DNA of 64,000 nt, taken from NCBI RefSeq assembly GCF_009914755.1, contig NC_060946.1, one strand, 5' to 3'. Origin of the DNA: the human T2T-CHM13v2.0 reference genome, Homo sapiens. A program made the position numbers and the translations under genes. Positions 11,601 to 26,600 of the stretch are shown in pieces; positions within the stretch are counted from its first letter, which is position 1; each line of letters begins with the position of its first letter. The notes below the pieces were generated by a model. The model was given only the letters and a program-made list of their open reading frames with translations, made no database searches and was not told the DNA's origin.

Positions 11601-14600
11601 TAGTCTAGGCTCTGGCTACACGGCATTGTGACATATCACTGCACTGATCACCCAGGTGATATAAATCTTGTCTAGGCTCTGCCTACAATGGCCTTGTGAC
11701 ATATCTCTGCACTGATCACCCAGGTGATATAACTCTTCTCTAGGATCTGACCACAGGGTGCTTTGTGGCATTTCCCTGCAATGATCACCCAGGTGATATA
11801 CCACTTGCCAAGGCTCTGCCTACAGGGGCATTGCAATGTATCTCTGCACTGATCACCTCGGTCTTGTAACTCTTTTCTAGGATCTGCGCACAGGGTGCCT
11901 TGTGACGTATCCCAGCAAGGATTACCCAGGTGATGTACCTCTCATCAAGGCTCTGCCTACAGGCACATTGCGATGTATCTCTGCACTGATCACCTAGGTC
12001 ATGTAACTTTTGTCTAGGATCTGCCTACGATGGCATTGTGACATATCTCTGCAGTAATCATCCAAGTGATGTAACACTTGTCTACGATCTGCCTAAATTA
12101 ACTTTGTGACATAACCCTGTACTGATCATCCAGGTGATGGGGCTTTTGTCTAGGCTCTGCCTAAGGGGGCATTGTGACATATTTCTGCATTGATCACCCA
12201 GGTGGCGAACTCTTCTCTTGGATCTGCCTATGGGGGCATTGTGACAAATCTCTGCAGTGATCACCCAGGTGATGTAACTGTTGTGTAACCTCTGCCTACA
12301 GGGGAATTGTGAGAGATCTCGCCACTGATCACCCAAGTGATGTAACCATTGTCTAGGCTTTGCGTACAGGGGGCTTTGTGACATACCTTTGCACTGATCA
12401 CCCAGGTGATGTAACACATCTAAGTTCGGCCTAAAGGAGCTTTGTGACATATCTCTGCACTGATCACTTAGGTGATGGAACACTTTTATAAGCACTGCCT
12501 ACAGGGAATTTTGACAAATCTCTGCACTGATCACCTAGGTGATGTAACGCTTGTCTACCCTCTGTCCAACGGGGCATTGTGAAATATCTCTGCACTGATC
12601 ACCCAGGTGATTCAACTCTTGACTAGGATCTGCCTACAGAGGTTATTGTGAAATATCTCTGCACTGATAAACTAGGTGGTGTAATCCTTATCGAAGCTCT
12701 GCCTGCAGGGGCGTTTTCACATATCCCTGAAGTGATGACAAAGGTGATGTAACTCTTGCCTAGGCTTTGCCTACAGGGGACATAGGACATATATCTGCAC
12801 TGATCACCCAGGTGATGCAACTCTAGCCTAGGCTTTGCCTACAGGGGACATTGTGACATATCGCTTCAGTGATCACCCATGTGATGCAACTCTTGCCTTG
12901 GCTTTGCCTACAGGGCACATTGTGACATATCTCTGCACTGATCTCCCAGGTGCTATAACATTAGTCTAGACTCTGGCTACACGGCCTTGTGACATATCAC
13001 TGCACTGATCAACCAGGTGATATAACACTTGTCTAGGCCCTGCCTACAGGGGGCTTGTGACATATCTCTGCACTAATCACCCACGTGATATAACTCTTCT
13101 CTAGGATCTGCCTACAGGGTGCTTTGTGACATATCCCTGCAATGATCACCCAGGTGATCTAACTCTGGTTTAAGCTCTGCCTAAAGGGGCCTTGTGACAG
13201 ATCTCTGCACTGTTCACTCAGGTGATGTAACTATTGTCTAGGCTCTGCTTAAAGGGGCCTTGTCACATACCTCTGCACTGATCACCCAGGTGATGTAACT
13301 CTTGTCTAGCCTCTGCTTTCACGGCATATTGTGACATATCCATGCGCTGATCACCTTAGTGATGTAACACTTGTGTAGGCTCGGCCTACAGGGGAATATT
13401 GACATATCTCTGCTCTGTTAACCGAGGTGATTTAACTCTTGTCTAGGCTGTGCCCACAGGGGGATTGAGACATGTCTCTGCACTGATCCCGAGGTGATCC
13501 AACTGTTGCCTGGTCTCTGCCTACTGGGGACATTGTGACATATCTCTGCACTGATCTCCCAGGTGCTGTAACTTTAGTCTAGGCTCTGGCTACACGGCAT
13601 TGTGACATATCACTGCACTGATCACCCAGGTGATATAAATCTTGTCTCGGCTCTGCCTACACTGGCCTTGTGACATATCTCTGCACTGATCACCCAGGTG
13701 ATATAACTCTTCTCTAGGATCTGACCACAGGGTGCTTTGTGGCATTTCCCTGCAATGATCACCCAGGTGATATACCACTTGCCAAGGCTCTGCCTACAGG
13801 GGCATTGCAATGTATCTCTGCACTGATCACCTCGGTCTAGTAACTCTTTTCTAGGATCTGCCCACAGGGTGGCTTGTGACGTATCCCAGCAAGGATTACC
13901 CAGGTGATGTACCTCTCATCAAGGCTCTGCCTACAGGCACATAGCGATGTATCTCTGCACTGATCACCTAGGTCATGTAACTTTTGTCTAGGCACTGCCT
14001 ACGATGGCATTGTGACATATCTCTGCACTAATCATCCAAGTGATGTAACCCTTGTCTAGGATCTGCCTAAATTAACTTTGTGACATAACCCTGTACTGAT
14101 CATCCAGGTGATGGGGCTTTTGTCTAGGCTCTGCCTTAAGGGGGCATTGTGACATATTTCTGCATTGATCACCCAGGTGGCGAACTCTTCTCTTGGATCT
14201 GCCTATGGGGGCATTGTGACAAATCTCTGCACTGATCACCCAGGTGATGTAACTGTTGTGTAACCTCTGCCTACAGTGGAATTGTGAGAGATCTCGCCAC
14301 TGATCACCCAAGTGATGTAACCATTGTCTAGGGTTTGCGTACAGGGTGCTTTGTGACATACCTTTGCACTGATCATCCAGGTGATGTAACACATCTAAGT
14401 TCGGCCTAAAGGAGCTTTCTGACATATCTCTGCACTGATCACTTAGGTGATGGAACACTTTTATAAGCACTGCCTACAGGGAATTTTGACAAATCTCTGC
14501 ACTGATCACCTAGGTCATGTAACGCTTGTCTACCCTCTGTCCAACGGGGCATTGTGAAATATCTCTGCACTGATCACCCAGGTCATTCAACTCTTGACTA

Positions 14601-17600
14601 GGAACTGCCTACAGAGGTTATTGTGAAATATCTGTGCACTGATAAACTAGGTGGTGTAATCCTTATCGAAGCTCTGCCTACAGGGGCGTTTTCACATATC
14701 CCTGAAGTGATGACAAAGGTGATGTAACTCTTGCCTAGGCTTTGCCTACAGGGGACATAGGACATATATCTGCACTGATCACCCAGGTGATGCAACTCTA
14801 GCCTAGGCTTTGCCTACAGGTTACATTGTGACATATCGCTTCAATGATAACCCATGTGATGCAACTCTTGACTAGGCTTTGCCTACAGGGGACATTGTGA
14901 CATATCTCTGCACTGATCTCCCAGGGGCTGTAACATTAATCTAGACTCTGGCTACACGGCATTGTGACATATCACTGCACAGATCAACCAGCTGATATAA
15001 CTCTTGTCTAGGCCCTGCCTACAGGGGGCTTGTGACATATCTCTGCACTGATCACCCAGGTGATATAACTCTTCTCTAGGATCTGCCTACAGGGTGCTTT
15101 GCGACATATCCCTGCAATGATCACCCAGGTGATCTAACTCTTGTTTAAGCTCTGCCTAAAAGGGCATTGTGACAGATCTCTGCACTGATCACTCAGGTGA
15201 TGTAACTATTGTCTAGGCTCTGCTTAAAGGGGCCTTGTCACATACCTCTGCACTGATCACCCAGGTGATGTAACTCTTGTCTAGCCTCTGCTTTCACGGC
15301 ATATTGTGACATATCCATGCGCTGATCACCTTAGTGATGTAACACTTGTGTAGGCTCGGCCTACAGGGGAATATTGACATATCTCTGCACTGTTAACCGA
15401 GGTGATTTAACTCTTGTCTATGCTGTGCCCACAGGGGGATTGAGACATGTCTCTGCACTGATCCCGAGGTGATCCAACTGTTGCCTGGTCTCTGCCTACT
15501 GGGGACATTGTGACATATCTCTGCACTGATCTCCCAGGTGCTGTAACTTTAGTCTAGGCTCTGGCTACACGGCATTGTGACATATCACTGCACTGATCAC
15601 CCAGGTGATATAAATCTTGTCTAGGCTCTGCCTACAATGGCCTTGTGACATATCACTGCACTGATCACCCAGGTGATATAACTCTTCTCTAGGATCTGAC
15701 CACAGGGTGCTTTGTGGCATTTCCCTGCAATGATCACCCAGGTGATATACCACTTGCCAAGGCTCTGCCTACAGGGGCATTGCAATGTATCTCTGCACTG
15801 ATCACCTCAGTCTTGTGACTCTTTTCTAGGATCTGCCCACAGGGTGCCTTGTGACGTATCCCAGCAAGGATTACCCAGGTGATGTACCTCTCATCAAGGC
15901 TCTGCCTACAGGCACATTGCGATGTATCTCTGCACTGATCACCTAGGTCATGTAAATTTTGTCTAGGCTCTGCCTACGATGGCATTGTGACATATCTCTG
16001 CACTAATCATCCAAGTGATGTAACCCTTGTCTAGGATCTGCCTAAATTAACTTTGTGACATAACCCTGTACTGATCATCCAGGTGATGGGGCTTTTGTCT
16101 AGGCTCTCCCTAAGGGGGCATTGTGACATATTTCTGCATTGATCACACAGGTGGCGAACTCTTCTCTTGGATCTGCCTATGGGGGCATTGTGACAAATCT
16201 CTGCACTGATCACCCAGGTGATGTAACTGTTGTGTAACCTCTGCCTACAGGGGAATTGTGAGAGATCTCGCCACTGATCACCCAAGTGATGTAACCATTG
16301 TCTAGGGTTTGCGTACAGGGTGCTTTGTGACATACCTTTGCACTGATCACCCAGGTGATGTAACACATCTAAGTTCGGCCTAAAGGAGCTTTGTGACATA
16401 TCTCTGCACTGATCACTTAGGTGATGGAACACTTTTATAAGCACTGCCTACAGGGAATTTTGACAAATCTCTGCACTGATCACCTAGGTGATGTAACGCT
16501 TGTCTACCCTCTGTCCAACGGGGTATTGTGAAATATCTCTGCACTGATCACCCAGGTGATTCAACTCTTGACTAGGATCTGCCTACAGAGGTTATTGTGA
16601 AATATCTCTGCACTGATAAACTAGGTGGTGTAATCCTTATCGAAGCTCTGCCTACAGGGGCGTTTTCACATATCCCTGAAGTGATGACAAAGGTGATGTA
16701 ACACTTGCCTAGGCTTTGCCTACAGGGGACATAGGACATATATCTGCACTGATCACCCAGGTGATGCAACTCTAGCCTAGGCTTTGCCTATAGGTTACAT
16801 TGTGACATATCGCTTCAATGATCACCCATGTGATGCAACTCTTGCCTAGGCTTTGCCTACAGGGGACATTGTGACATATCTCTGCACTGATCTCCCAGGG
16901 GCTGTAACATTAATCTAGACTCTGGCTACACGGCATTGTGACATATCACTGCACAGATCAACCAGGTGATACAACTCTTGTCTAGGCCCTGCCTACAGGG
17001 GGCTTGTGACATATCTCTGCACTGATCACCCAGGTGATATAACTCTTCTCTAGGATCTGCCTTCAGGGTGCTTTGCGACATATCCCTGCAATGATCACCC
17101 AGGTGATCTAACTCTTGTTTAAGCTCTGCCTAAAGGGGCATTGTGACAGACCTCTGCACTGATCACTCAGGTGATGTAACTATTGTCTAGGCTCTGCTTA
17201 AAGGGGCCTTGTCACATACCTCTGCACTGATCACCCAGGTGAGGTAACTCTTGTCTAGCCTCTGCTTTCACGGCATATTGTGACATATCCATGCGCTGAT
17301 CACCTTAGTGATGTAACACTTGTGTAGGCTCGGCCTACAGGGGAATATTGACATATCTCTGCACTGTTAACCGAGGTGATTTAACTCTTGTCTAGGCTGT
17401 GCCCACAGGGGGATTGAGACATGTCTCTGCACTGATCCCGAGGTGATCCAACTGTTGCCTGGTCTCTGCCTACTGGGGACATTGTGACATATCTCTGCAC
17501 TGATCTCCCAGGTGCTGTAACTTTAGTCTAGGCTCTGGCTACACGGCATTGTGACATATCACTGCACTGATCACCCAGGTGATATAAATCTTGTCTAGGC

Positions 17601-20600
17601 TCTACCTACAATGGCCTTGTGACATATCTCTGCACTGATCACCCAGGTGATATAACTCTTCTCTAGGATCTGACCACAGGGTGCTTTGTGGCATTTCCCT
17701 GCAATGATCACCCAGGTGATATACCACTTGCCAAGGCTCTGCCTACAGGGGCATTGCAATGTATCTCTGCACTGATCACCTCGGTCTTGTGACTCTTTTC
17801 TAGGATCTGCCCACAGGGTGCCTTGTGACGTATCCCAGCAAGGATTACCCAGGTGATGTACCTCTCATCAAGGCTCTGCCTACAGGCACATTGCGATGTA
17901 TCTCTGCACTGATCACCTAGGTCATGTAACTTTTGTCTAGGCTCTGCCTACGATGGCATTGTGACATATCTCTGCACTAATCATCCAAGTGATGTAACCC
18001 TTGTCTAGGATCTGCCTAAATTAACTTTGTGACATAACCCTGTACTGATCATCCAGGTGATGGGGCTTTTGTCTAGGCTCTCCCTAAGGGGGCATTGTGA
18101 CATATTTCCGCATTGATCACCCAGGTGGCGAACTCTTCTCCTGGATCTGCCTATGGGGGCATTGTGACAAATCTCTGCACTGATCACCCAGGTGATGTAA
18201 CTGTTGTGTAACCTCTGCCTACAGGGGAATTGTGAGAGATCTCGCCACTGATCACCCAAGTGATGTAGCCATTGTCTAGGGTTTGCGTACAGGGTGATTT
18301 GTGACATACCTTTGCACTGATCACCGAGGTGATGTAACACATCTAAGTTCGGCCTAAAGGAGCTTTGTGACATATCTCTGCACTGATCACTTATGTGATG
18401 GAACACTTTTATAAGCACTGCCTACAGGGAATTTTGACAAATCTCTGCACTGATCACCTAGGTGATGTAACGCTTGTCTACCCTCTGTCCAACGGGGCAT
18501 TGTGAAATATCTCTGCACTGATCACCCAGGTGATTCAACTCTTGACTAGGATCTGCCTACAGAGGTTATTGAGAAATATCTCTGCACTGATAAACTAGGT
18601 GGTGTAATCCTTATCGAAGCTCTGCCTACAGGGGCGTTTTCACATATCCCTGAAGTGATGACAAAGGTGATGTAACTCTTGCCTAGGCTTTGCCTACAGG
18701 GGACATAGGACATATATCTGCACTGATCACCCAGGTGATGCAACTCTAGCCTAGGCTTTGCCTACAGGGGAGATTGTGACATATCGCTTCAGTGATCCCC
18801 CATATGATGCAACTCTTGCCTTGGCTTTGCCTACAGGGCACATTGTGACATATCTCTGCACTGATCTCACAGGTGCTGTAACATTAGTCTAGACTCTGGC
18901 TACACGGCATTGTGACATATCACTGCACTGATCAACCAGGTGATATAACTCTTGTCTAGGCCCTGCCTACAGGGGGCTTGTGACATATCTCTGCACTGAT
19001 CACCCAGGTGATATAACTCTTCTCTAGGATCTGCCTACAGGGTGCTTTGTGACATATCCCTGCAATGATCACCCAGGTGATCTAACTCTGGTTTAAGCTT
19101 TGCTTAAAGGGTCATTGTGACAGATCTCTGCACTGATCACTCAGATGATGTAACTATTGTCTAGGCTCTGCTTAAAGGGGCCTTGTCACATACCTCTGCA
19201 CTGATCACCCAGGTGATGTAACTCTTGTCTAGCCTCTGCTTTCACGGCATATCGTGACATATCCATGCGCTGATCACCTTAGTGATGTAACACTTGTGTA
19301 GGCTCGGCCTATAGGGGAATATTGACATATCTCTGCACTGTTAACCGAGGTGATTTAACTCTTGTCTAGGCTGTTCCCACAGGGGGATTGAGACATATCT
19401 CTGCACTGATCCCGAGGTGATCCAACTGTTGCCTGGTCTCTGCCTACTGGGGACATTGTGACATATCTCTGCACTGATCTCCCAGGTGCTGTAACTTTAG
19501 TCTAGGCTCTGGCTACACGGCATTGTGACATATCACTGCACTGATCACCCAGGTGATATAAATCTTGTCTAGGCTCTGCCTACAATGGCCTTGTGACATA
19601 TCTCTGCACTGATCACCCAGGTGATATAACTCTTCTCTAGGATCTGACCACAGGGTGCTTTGTGGCATTTCCCTGCAATGATCACCCAGGTGATATACCA
19701 CTTGCCAAGGCTCTGCCTACAGGGGCATTGCAATGTATCTCTGCACTGATCACCTCGGTCTTGTAACTCTTTTCTAGGATCTGCGCACAGGGTGCCTTGT
19801 GACGTATCCCAGCAAGGATTACCCAGGTGATGTACCTCTCATCAAGGCTCTGCCTACAGGCACATTGCGATGTATCTCTGCACTGATCACCTAGGTCATG
19901 TAACTTTTGTCTAGGATCTGCCTACGATGGCATTGTGACATATCTCTGCAGTAATCATCCAAGTGATGTAACACTTGTCTACGATCTGCCTAAATTAACT
20001 TTGTGACATAACCCTGTACTGATCATCCAGGTGATGGGGCTTTTGTCTAGGCTCTGCCTAAGGGGGCATTGTGACATATTTCTGCATTGATCACCCAGGT
20101 GGCGAACTCTTCTCTTGGATCTGCCTATGGGGGCATTGTGACAAATCTCTGCAGTGATCACCCAGGTGATGTAACTGTTGTGTAACCTCTGCCTACAGGG
20201 GAATTGTGAGAGATCTCGCCACTGATCACCCAAGTGATGTAACCATTGTCTAGGCTTTGCGTACAGGGGGCTTTGTGACATACCTTTGCACTGATCACCC
20301 AGGTGATGTAACACATCTAAGTTCGGCCTAAAGGAGCTTTGTGACATATCTCTGCACTGATCACTTAGGTGATGGAACACTTTTATAAGCACTGCCTACA
20401 GGGAATTTTGACAAATCTCTGCACTGATCACCTAGGTGATGTAACGCTTGTCTACCCTCTGTCCAACGGGGCATTGTGAAATATCTCTGCACTGATCACC
20501 CAGGTGATTCAACTCTTGACTAGGATCTGCCTACAGAGGTTATTGTGAAATATCTCTGCACTGATAAACTAGGTGGTGTAATCCTTATCGAAGCTCTGCC

Positions 20601-23600
20601 TGCAGGGGCGTTTTCACATATCCCTGAAGTGATGACAAAGGTGATGTAACTCTTGCCTAGGCTTTGCCTACAGGGGACATAGGACATATATCTGCACTGA
20701 TCACCCAGGTGATGCAACTCTAGCCTAGGCTTTGCCTACAGGGGACATTGTGACATATCGCTTCAGTGATCACCCATGTGATGCAACTCTTGCCTTGGCT
20801 TTGCCTACAGGGCACATTGTGACATATCTCTGCACTGATCTCCCAGGTGCTATAACATTAGTCTAGACTCTGGCTACACGGCCTTGTGACATATCACTGC
20901 ACTGATCAACCAGGTGATATAACACTTGTCTAGGCCCTGCCTACAGGGGGCTTGTGACATATCTCTGCACTAATCACCCACGTGATATAACTCTTCTCTA
21001 GGATCTGCCTACAGGGTGCTTTGTGACATATCCCTGCAATGATCACCCAGGTGATCTAACTCTGGTTTAAGCTCTGCCTAAAGGGGCCTTGTGACAGATC
21101 TCTGCACTGTTCACTCAGGTGATGTAACTATTGTCTAGGCTCTGCTTAAAGGGGCCTTGTCACATACCTCTGCACTGATCACCCAGGTGATGTAACTCTT
21201 GTCTAGCCTCTGCTTTCACGGCATATTGTGACATATCCATGCGCTGATCACCTTAGTGATGTAACACTTGTGTAGGCTCGGCCTACAGGGGAATATTGAC
21301 ATATCTCTGCTCTGTTAACCGAGGTGATTTAACTCTTGTCTAGGCTGTGCCCACAGGGGGATTGAGACATGTCTCTGCACTGATCCCGAGGTGATCCAAC
21401 TGTTGCCTGGTCTCTGCCTACTGGGGACATTGTGACATATCTCTGCACTGATCTCCCAGGTGCTGTAACTTTAGTCTAGGCTCTGGCTACACGGCATTGT
21501 GACATATCACTGCACTGATCACCCAGGTGATATAAATCTTGTCTAGGCTCTGCCTACAATGGCCTTGTGACATATCTCTGCACTGATCACCCAGGTGATA
21601 TAACTCTTCTCTAGGATCTGACCACAGGGTGCTTTGTGGCATTTCCCTGCAATGATCACCCAGGTGATATACCACTTGCCAAGGCTCTGCCTACAGGGGC
21701 ATTGCAATGTATCTCTGCACTGATCACCTCGGTCTTGTAACTCTTTTCTAGGATCTGCGCACAGGGTGCCTTGTGACGTATCCCAGCAAGGATTACCCAG
21801 GTGATGTACCTCTCATCAAGGCTCTGCCTACAGGCACATTGCGATGTATCTCTGCACTGATCACCTAGGTCATGTAACTTTTGTCTAGGATCTGCCTACG
21901 ATGGCATTGTGACATATCTCTGCAGTAATCATCCAAGTGATGTAACACTTGTCTACGATCTGCCTAAATTAACTTTGTGACATAACCCTGTACTGATCAT
22001 CCAGGTGATGGGGCTTTTGTCTAGGCTCTCCCTAAGGGGGCATTGTGACATATTTCCGCATTGATCACCCAGGTGGCGAACTCTTCTCCTGGATCTGCCT
22101 ATGGGGGCATTGTGACAAATCTCTGCACTGATCACCCAGGTGATGTAACTGTTGTGTAACCTCTGCCTACAGGGGAATTGTGAGAGATCTCGCCACTGAT
22201 CACCCAAGTGATGTAGCCATTGTCTAGGGTTTGCGTACAGGGTGATTTGTGACATACCTTTGCACTGATCACCGAGGTGATGTAACACATCTAAGTTCGG
22301 CCTAAAGGAGCTTTGTGACATATCTCTGCACTGATCACTTATGTGATGGAACACTTTTATAAGCACTGCCTACAGGGAATTTTGACAAATCTCTGCACTG
22401 ATCACCTAGGTGATGTAACGCTTGTCTACCCTCTGTCCAACGGGGCATTGTGAAATATCTCTGCACTGATCACCCAGGTGATTCAACTCTTGACTAGGAT
22501 CTGCCTACAGAGGTTATTGAGAAATATCTCTGCACTGATAAACTAGGTGGTGTAATCCTTATCGAAGCTCTGCCTACAGGGGCGTTTTCACATATCCCTG
22601 AAGTGATGACAAAGGTGATGTAACTCTTGCCTAGGCTTTGCCTACAGGGGACATAGGACATATATCTGCACTGATCACCCAGGTGATGCAACTCTAGCCT
22701 AGGCTTTGCCTACAGGGGAGATTGTGACATATCGCTTCAGTGATCCCCCATATGATGCAACTCTTGCCTTGGCTTTGCCTACAGGGCACATTGTGACATA
22801 TCTCTGCACTGATCTCACAGGTGCTGTAACATTAGTCTAGACTCTGGCTACACGGCATTGTGACATATCACTGCACTGATCAACCAGGTGATATAACTCT
22901 TGTCTAGGCCCTGCCTACAGGGGGCTTGTGACATATCTCTGCACTGATCACCCAGGTGATATAACTCTTCTCTAGGATCTGCCTACAGGGTGCTTTGTGA
23001 CATATCCCTGCAATGATCACCCAGGTGATCTAACTCTGGTTTAAGCTTTGCTTAAAGGGTCATTGTGACAGATCTCTGCACTGATCACTCAGATGATGTA
23101 ACTATTGTCTAGGCTCTGCTTAAAGGGGCCTTGTCACATACCTCTGCACTGATCACCCAGGTGATGTAACTCTTGTCTAGCCTCTGCTTTCACGGCATAT
23201 CGTGACATATCCATGCGCTGATCACCTTAGTGATGTAACACTTGTGTAGGCTCGGCCTATAGGGGAATATTGACATATCTCTGCACTGTTAACCGAGGTG
23301 ATTTAACTCTTGTCTAGGCTGTTCCCACAGGGGGATTGAGACATATCTCTGCACTGATCCCGAGGTGATCCAACTGTTGCCTGGTCTCTGCCTACTGGGG
23401 ACATTGTGACATATCTCTGCACTGATCTCCCAGGTGCTGTAACTTTAGTCTAGGCTCTGGCTACACGGCATTGTGACATATCACTGCACTGATCACCCAG
23501 GTGATATAAATCTTGTCTAGGCTCTGCCTACAATGGCCTTGTGACATATCTCTGCACTGATCACCCAGGTGATATAACTCTTCTCTAGGATCTGACCACA

Positions 23601-26600
23601 GGGTGCTTTGTGGCATTTCCCTGCAATGATCACCCAGGTGATATACCACTTGCCAAGGCTCTGCCTACAGGGGCATTGCAATGTATCTCTGCACTGATCA
23701 CCTCGGTCTTGTAACTCTTTTCTAGGATCTGCGCACAGGGTGCCTTGTGACGTATCCCAGCAAGGATTACCCAGGTGATGTACCTCTCATCAAGGCTCTG
23801 CCTACAGGCACATTGCGATGTATCTCTGCACTGATCACCTAGGTCATGTAACTTTTGTCTAGGATCTGCCTACGATGGCATTGTGACATATCTCTGCAGT
23901 AATCATCCAAGTGATGTAACACTTGTCTACGATCTGCCTAAATTAACTTTGTGACATAACCCTGTACTGATCATCCAGGTGATGGGGCTTTTGTCTAGGC
24001 TCTGCCTAAGGGGGCATTGTGACATATTTCTGCATTGATCACCCAGGTGGCGAACTCTTCTCTTGGATCTGCCTATGGGGGCATTGTGACAAATCTCTGC
24101 AGTGATCACCCAGGTGATGTAACTGTTGTGTAACCTCTGCCTACAGGGGAATTGTGAGAGATCTCGCCACTGATCACCCAAGTGATGTAACCATTGTCTA
24201 GGCTTTGCGTACAGGGGGCTTTGTGACATACCTTTGCACTGATCACCCAGGTGATGTAACACATCTAAGTTCGGCCTAAAGGAGCTTTGTGACATATCTC
24301 TGCACTGATCACTTAGGTGATGGAACACTTTTATAAGCACTGCCTACAGGGAATTTTGACAAATCTCTGCACTGATCACCTAGGTGATGTAACGCTTGTC
24401 TACCCTCTGTCCAACGGGGCATTGTGAAATATCTCTGCACTGATCACCCAGGTGATTCAACTCTTGACTAGGATCTGCCTACAGAGGTTATTGTGAAATA
24501 TCTCTGCACTGATAAACTAGGTGGTGTAATCCTTATCGAAGCTCTGCCTGCAGGGGCGTTTTCACATATCCCTGAAGTGATGACAAAGGTGATGTAACTC
24601 TTGCCTAGGCTTTGCCTACAGGGGACATAGGACATATATCTGCACTGATCACCCAGGTGATGCAACTCTAGCCTAGGCTTTGCCTACAGGGGACATTGTG
24701 ACATATCGCTTCAGTGATCACCCATGTGATGCAACTCTTGCCTTGGCTTTGCCTACAGGGCACATTGTGACATATCTCTGCACTGATCTCCCAGGTGCTA
24801 TAACATTAGTCTAGACTCTGGCTACACGGCCTTGTGACATATCACTGCACTGATCAACCAGGTGATATAACACTTGTCTAGGCCCTGCCTACAGGGGGCT
24901 TGTGACATATCTCTGCACTAATCACCCACGTGATATAACTCTTCTCTAGGATCTGCCTACAGGGTGCTTTGTGACATATCCCTGCAATGATCACCCAGGT
25001 GATCTAACTCTGGTTTAAGCTCTGCCTAAAGGGGCCTTGTGACAGATCTCTGCACTGTTCACTCAGGTGATGTAACTATTGTCTAGGCTCTGCTTAAAGG
25101 GGCCTTGTCACATACCTCTGCACTGATCACCCAGGTGATGTAACTCTTGTCTAGCCTCTGCTTTCACGGCATATTGTGACATATCCATGCGCTGATCACC
25201 TTAGTGATGTAACACTTGTGTAGGCTCGGCCTACAGGGGAATATTGACATATCTCTGCTCTGTTAACCGAGGTGATTTAACTCTTGTCTAGGCTGTGCCC
25301 ACAGGGGGATTGAGACATGTCTCTGCACTGATCCCGAGGTGATCCAACTGTTGCCTGGTCTCTGCCTACTGGGGACATTGTGACATATCTCTGCACTGAT
25401 CTCCCAGGTGCTGTAACTTTAGTCTAGGCTCTGGCTACACGGCATTGTGACATATCACTGCACTGATCACCCAGGTGATATAAATCTTGTCTCGGCTCTG
25501 CCTACACTGGCCTTGTGACATATCTCTGCACTGATCACCCAGGTGATATAACTCTTCTCTAGGATCTGACCACAGGGTGCTTTGTGGCATTTCCCTGCAA
25601 TGATCACCCAGGTGATATACCACTTGCCAAGGCTCTGCCTACAGGGGCATTGCAATGTATCTCTGCACTGATCACCTCGGTCTAGTAACTCTTTTCTAGG
25701 ATCTGCCCACAGGGTGGCTTGTGACGTATCCCAGCAAGGATTACCCAGGTGATGTACCTCTCATCAAGGCTCTGCCTACAGGCACATAGCGATGTATCTC
25801 TGCACTGATCACCTAGGTCATGTAACTTTTGTCTAGGCACTGCCTACGATGGCATTGTGACATATCTCTGCACTAATCATCCAAGTGATGTAACCCTTGT
25901 CTAGGATCTGCCTAAATTAACTTTGTGACATAACCCTGTACTGATCATCCAGGTGATGGGGCTTTTGTCTAGGCTCTGCCTTAAGGGGGCATTGTGACAT
26001 ATTTCTGCATTGATCACCCAGGTGGCGAACTCTTCTCTTGGATCTGCCTATGGGGGCATTGTGACAAATCTCTGCACTGATCACCCAGGTGATGTAACTG
26101 TTGTGTAACCTCTGCCTACAGGGGAATTGTGAGAGATCTCGCCACTGATCACCCAAGTGATGTAACCATTGTCTAGGCTTTGCGTACAGGGGGCTTTGTG
26201 ACATACCTTTGCACTGATCACCCACGTGATGTAACACATCTATGTTCGACCTAAAGGAGCTTTGTGACATATCTCTGCACTGATCACTTAGGTGATGGAA
26301 CACTTTTATAAGCACTGCCTACAGGGAATTTTGACAAATCTCTGCACTGATCACCTAGGTGATGTAACGCTTGTCTACCCTCTGTCCAACGGGGCATTGT
26401 GAAATATCTCTGCACTGATCACCCAGGTGATTCAACTCTTGACTAGGATCTGCCTACAGAGGTTATTGTGAAATATCTCTGCACTGATAAACTAGGTGGT
26501 GTAATCCTTATCGAAGCTCTGCCTACAGGGGCGTTTTCACATATCCCTGAAGTGATGACAAAGGTGATGTAACCCTTGCCTAGGCTTTGCCTACAGGGGA

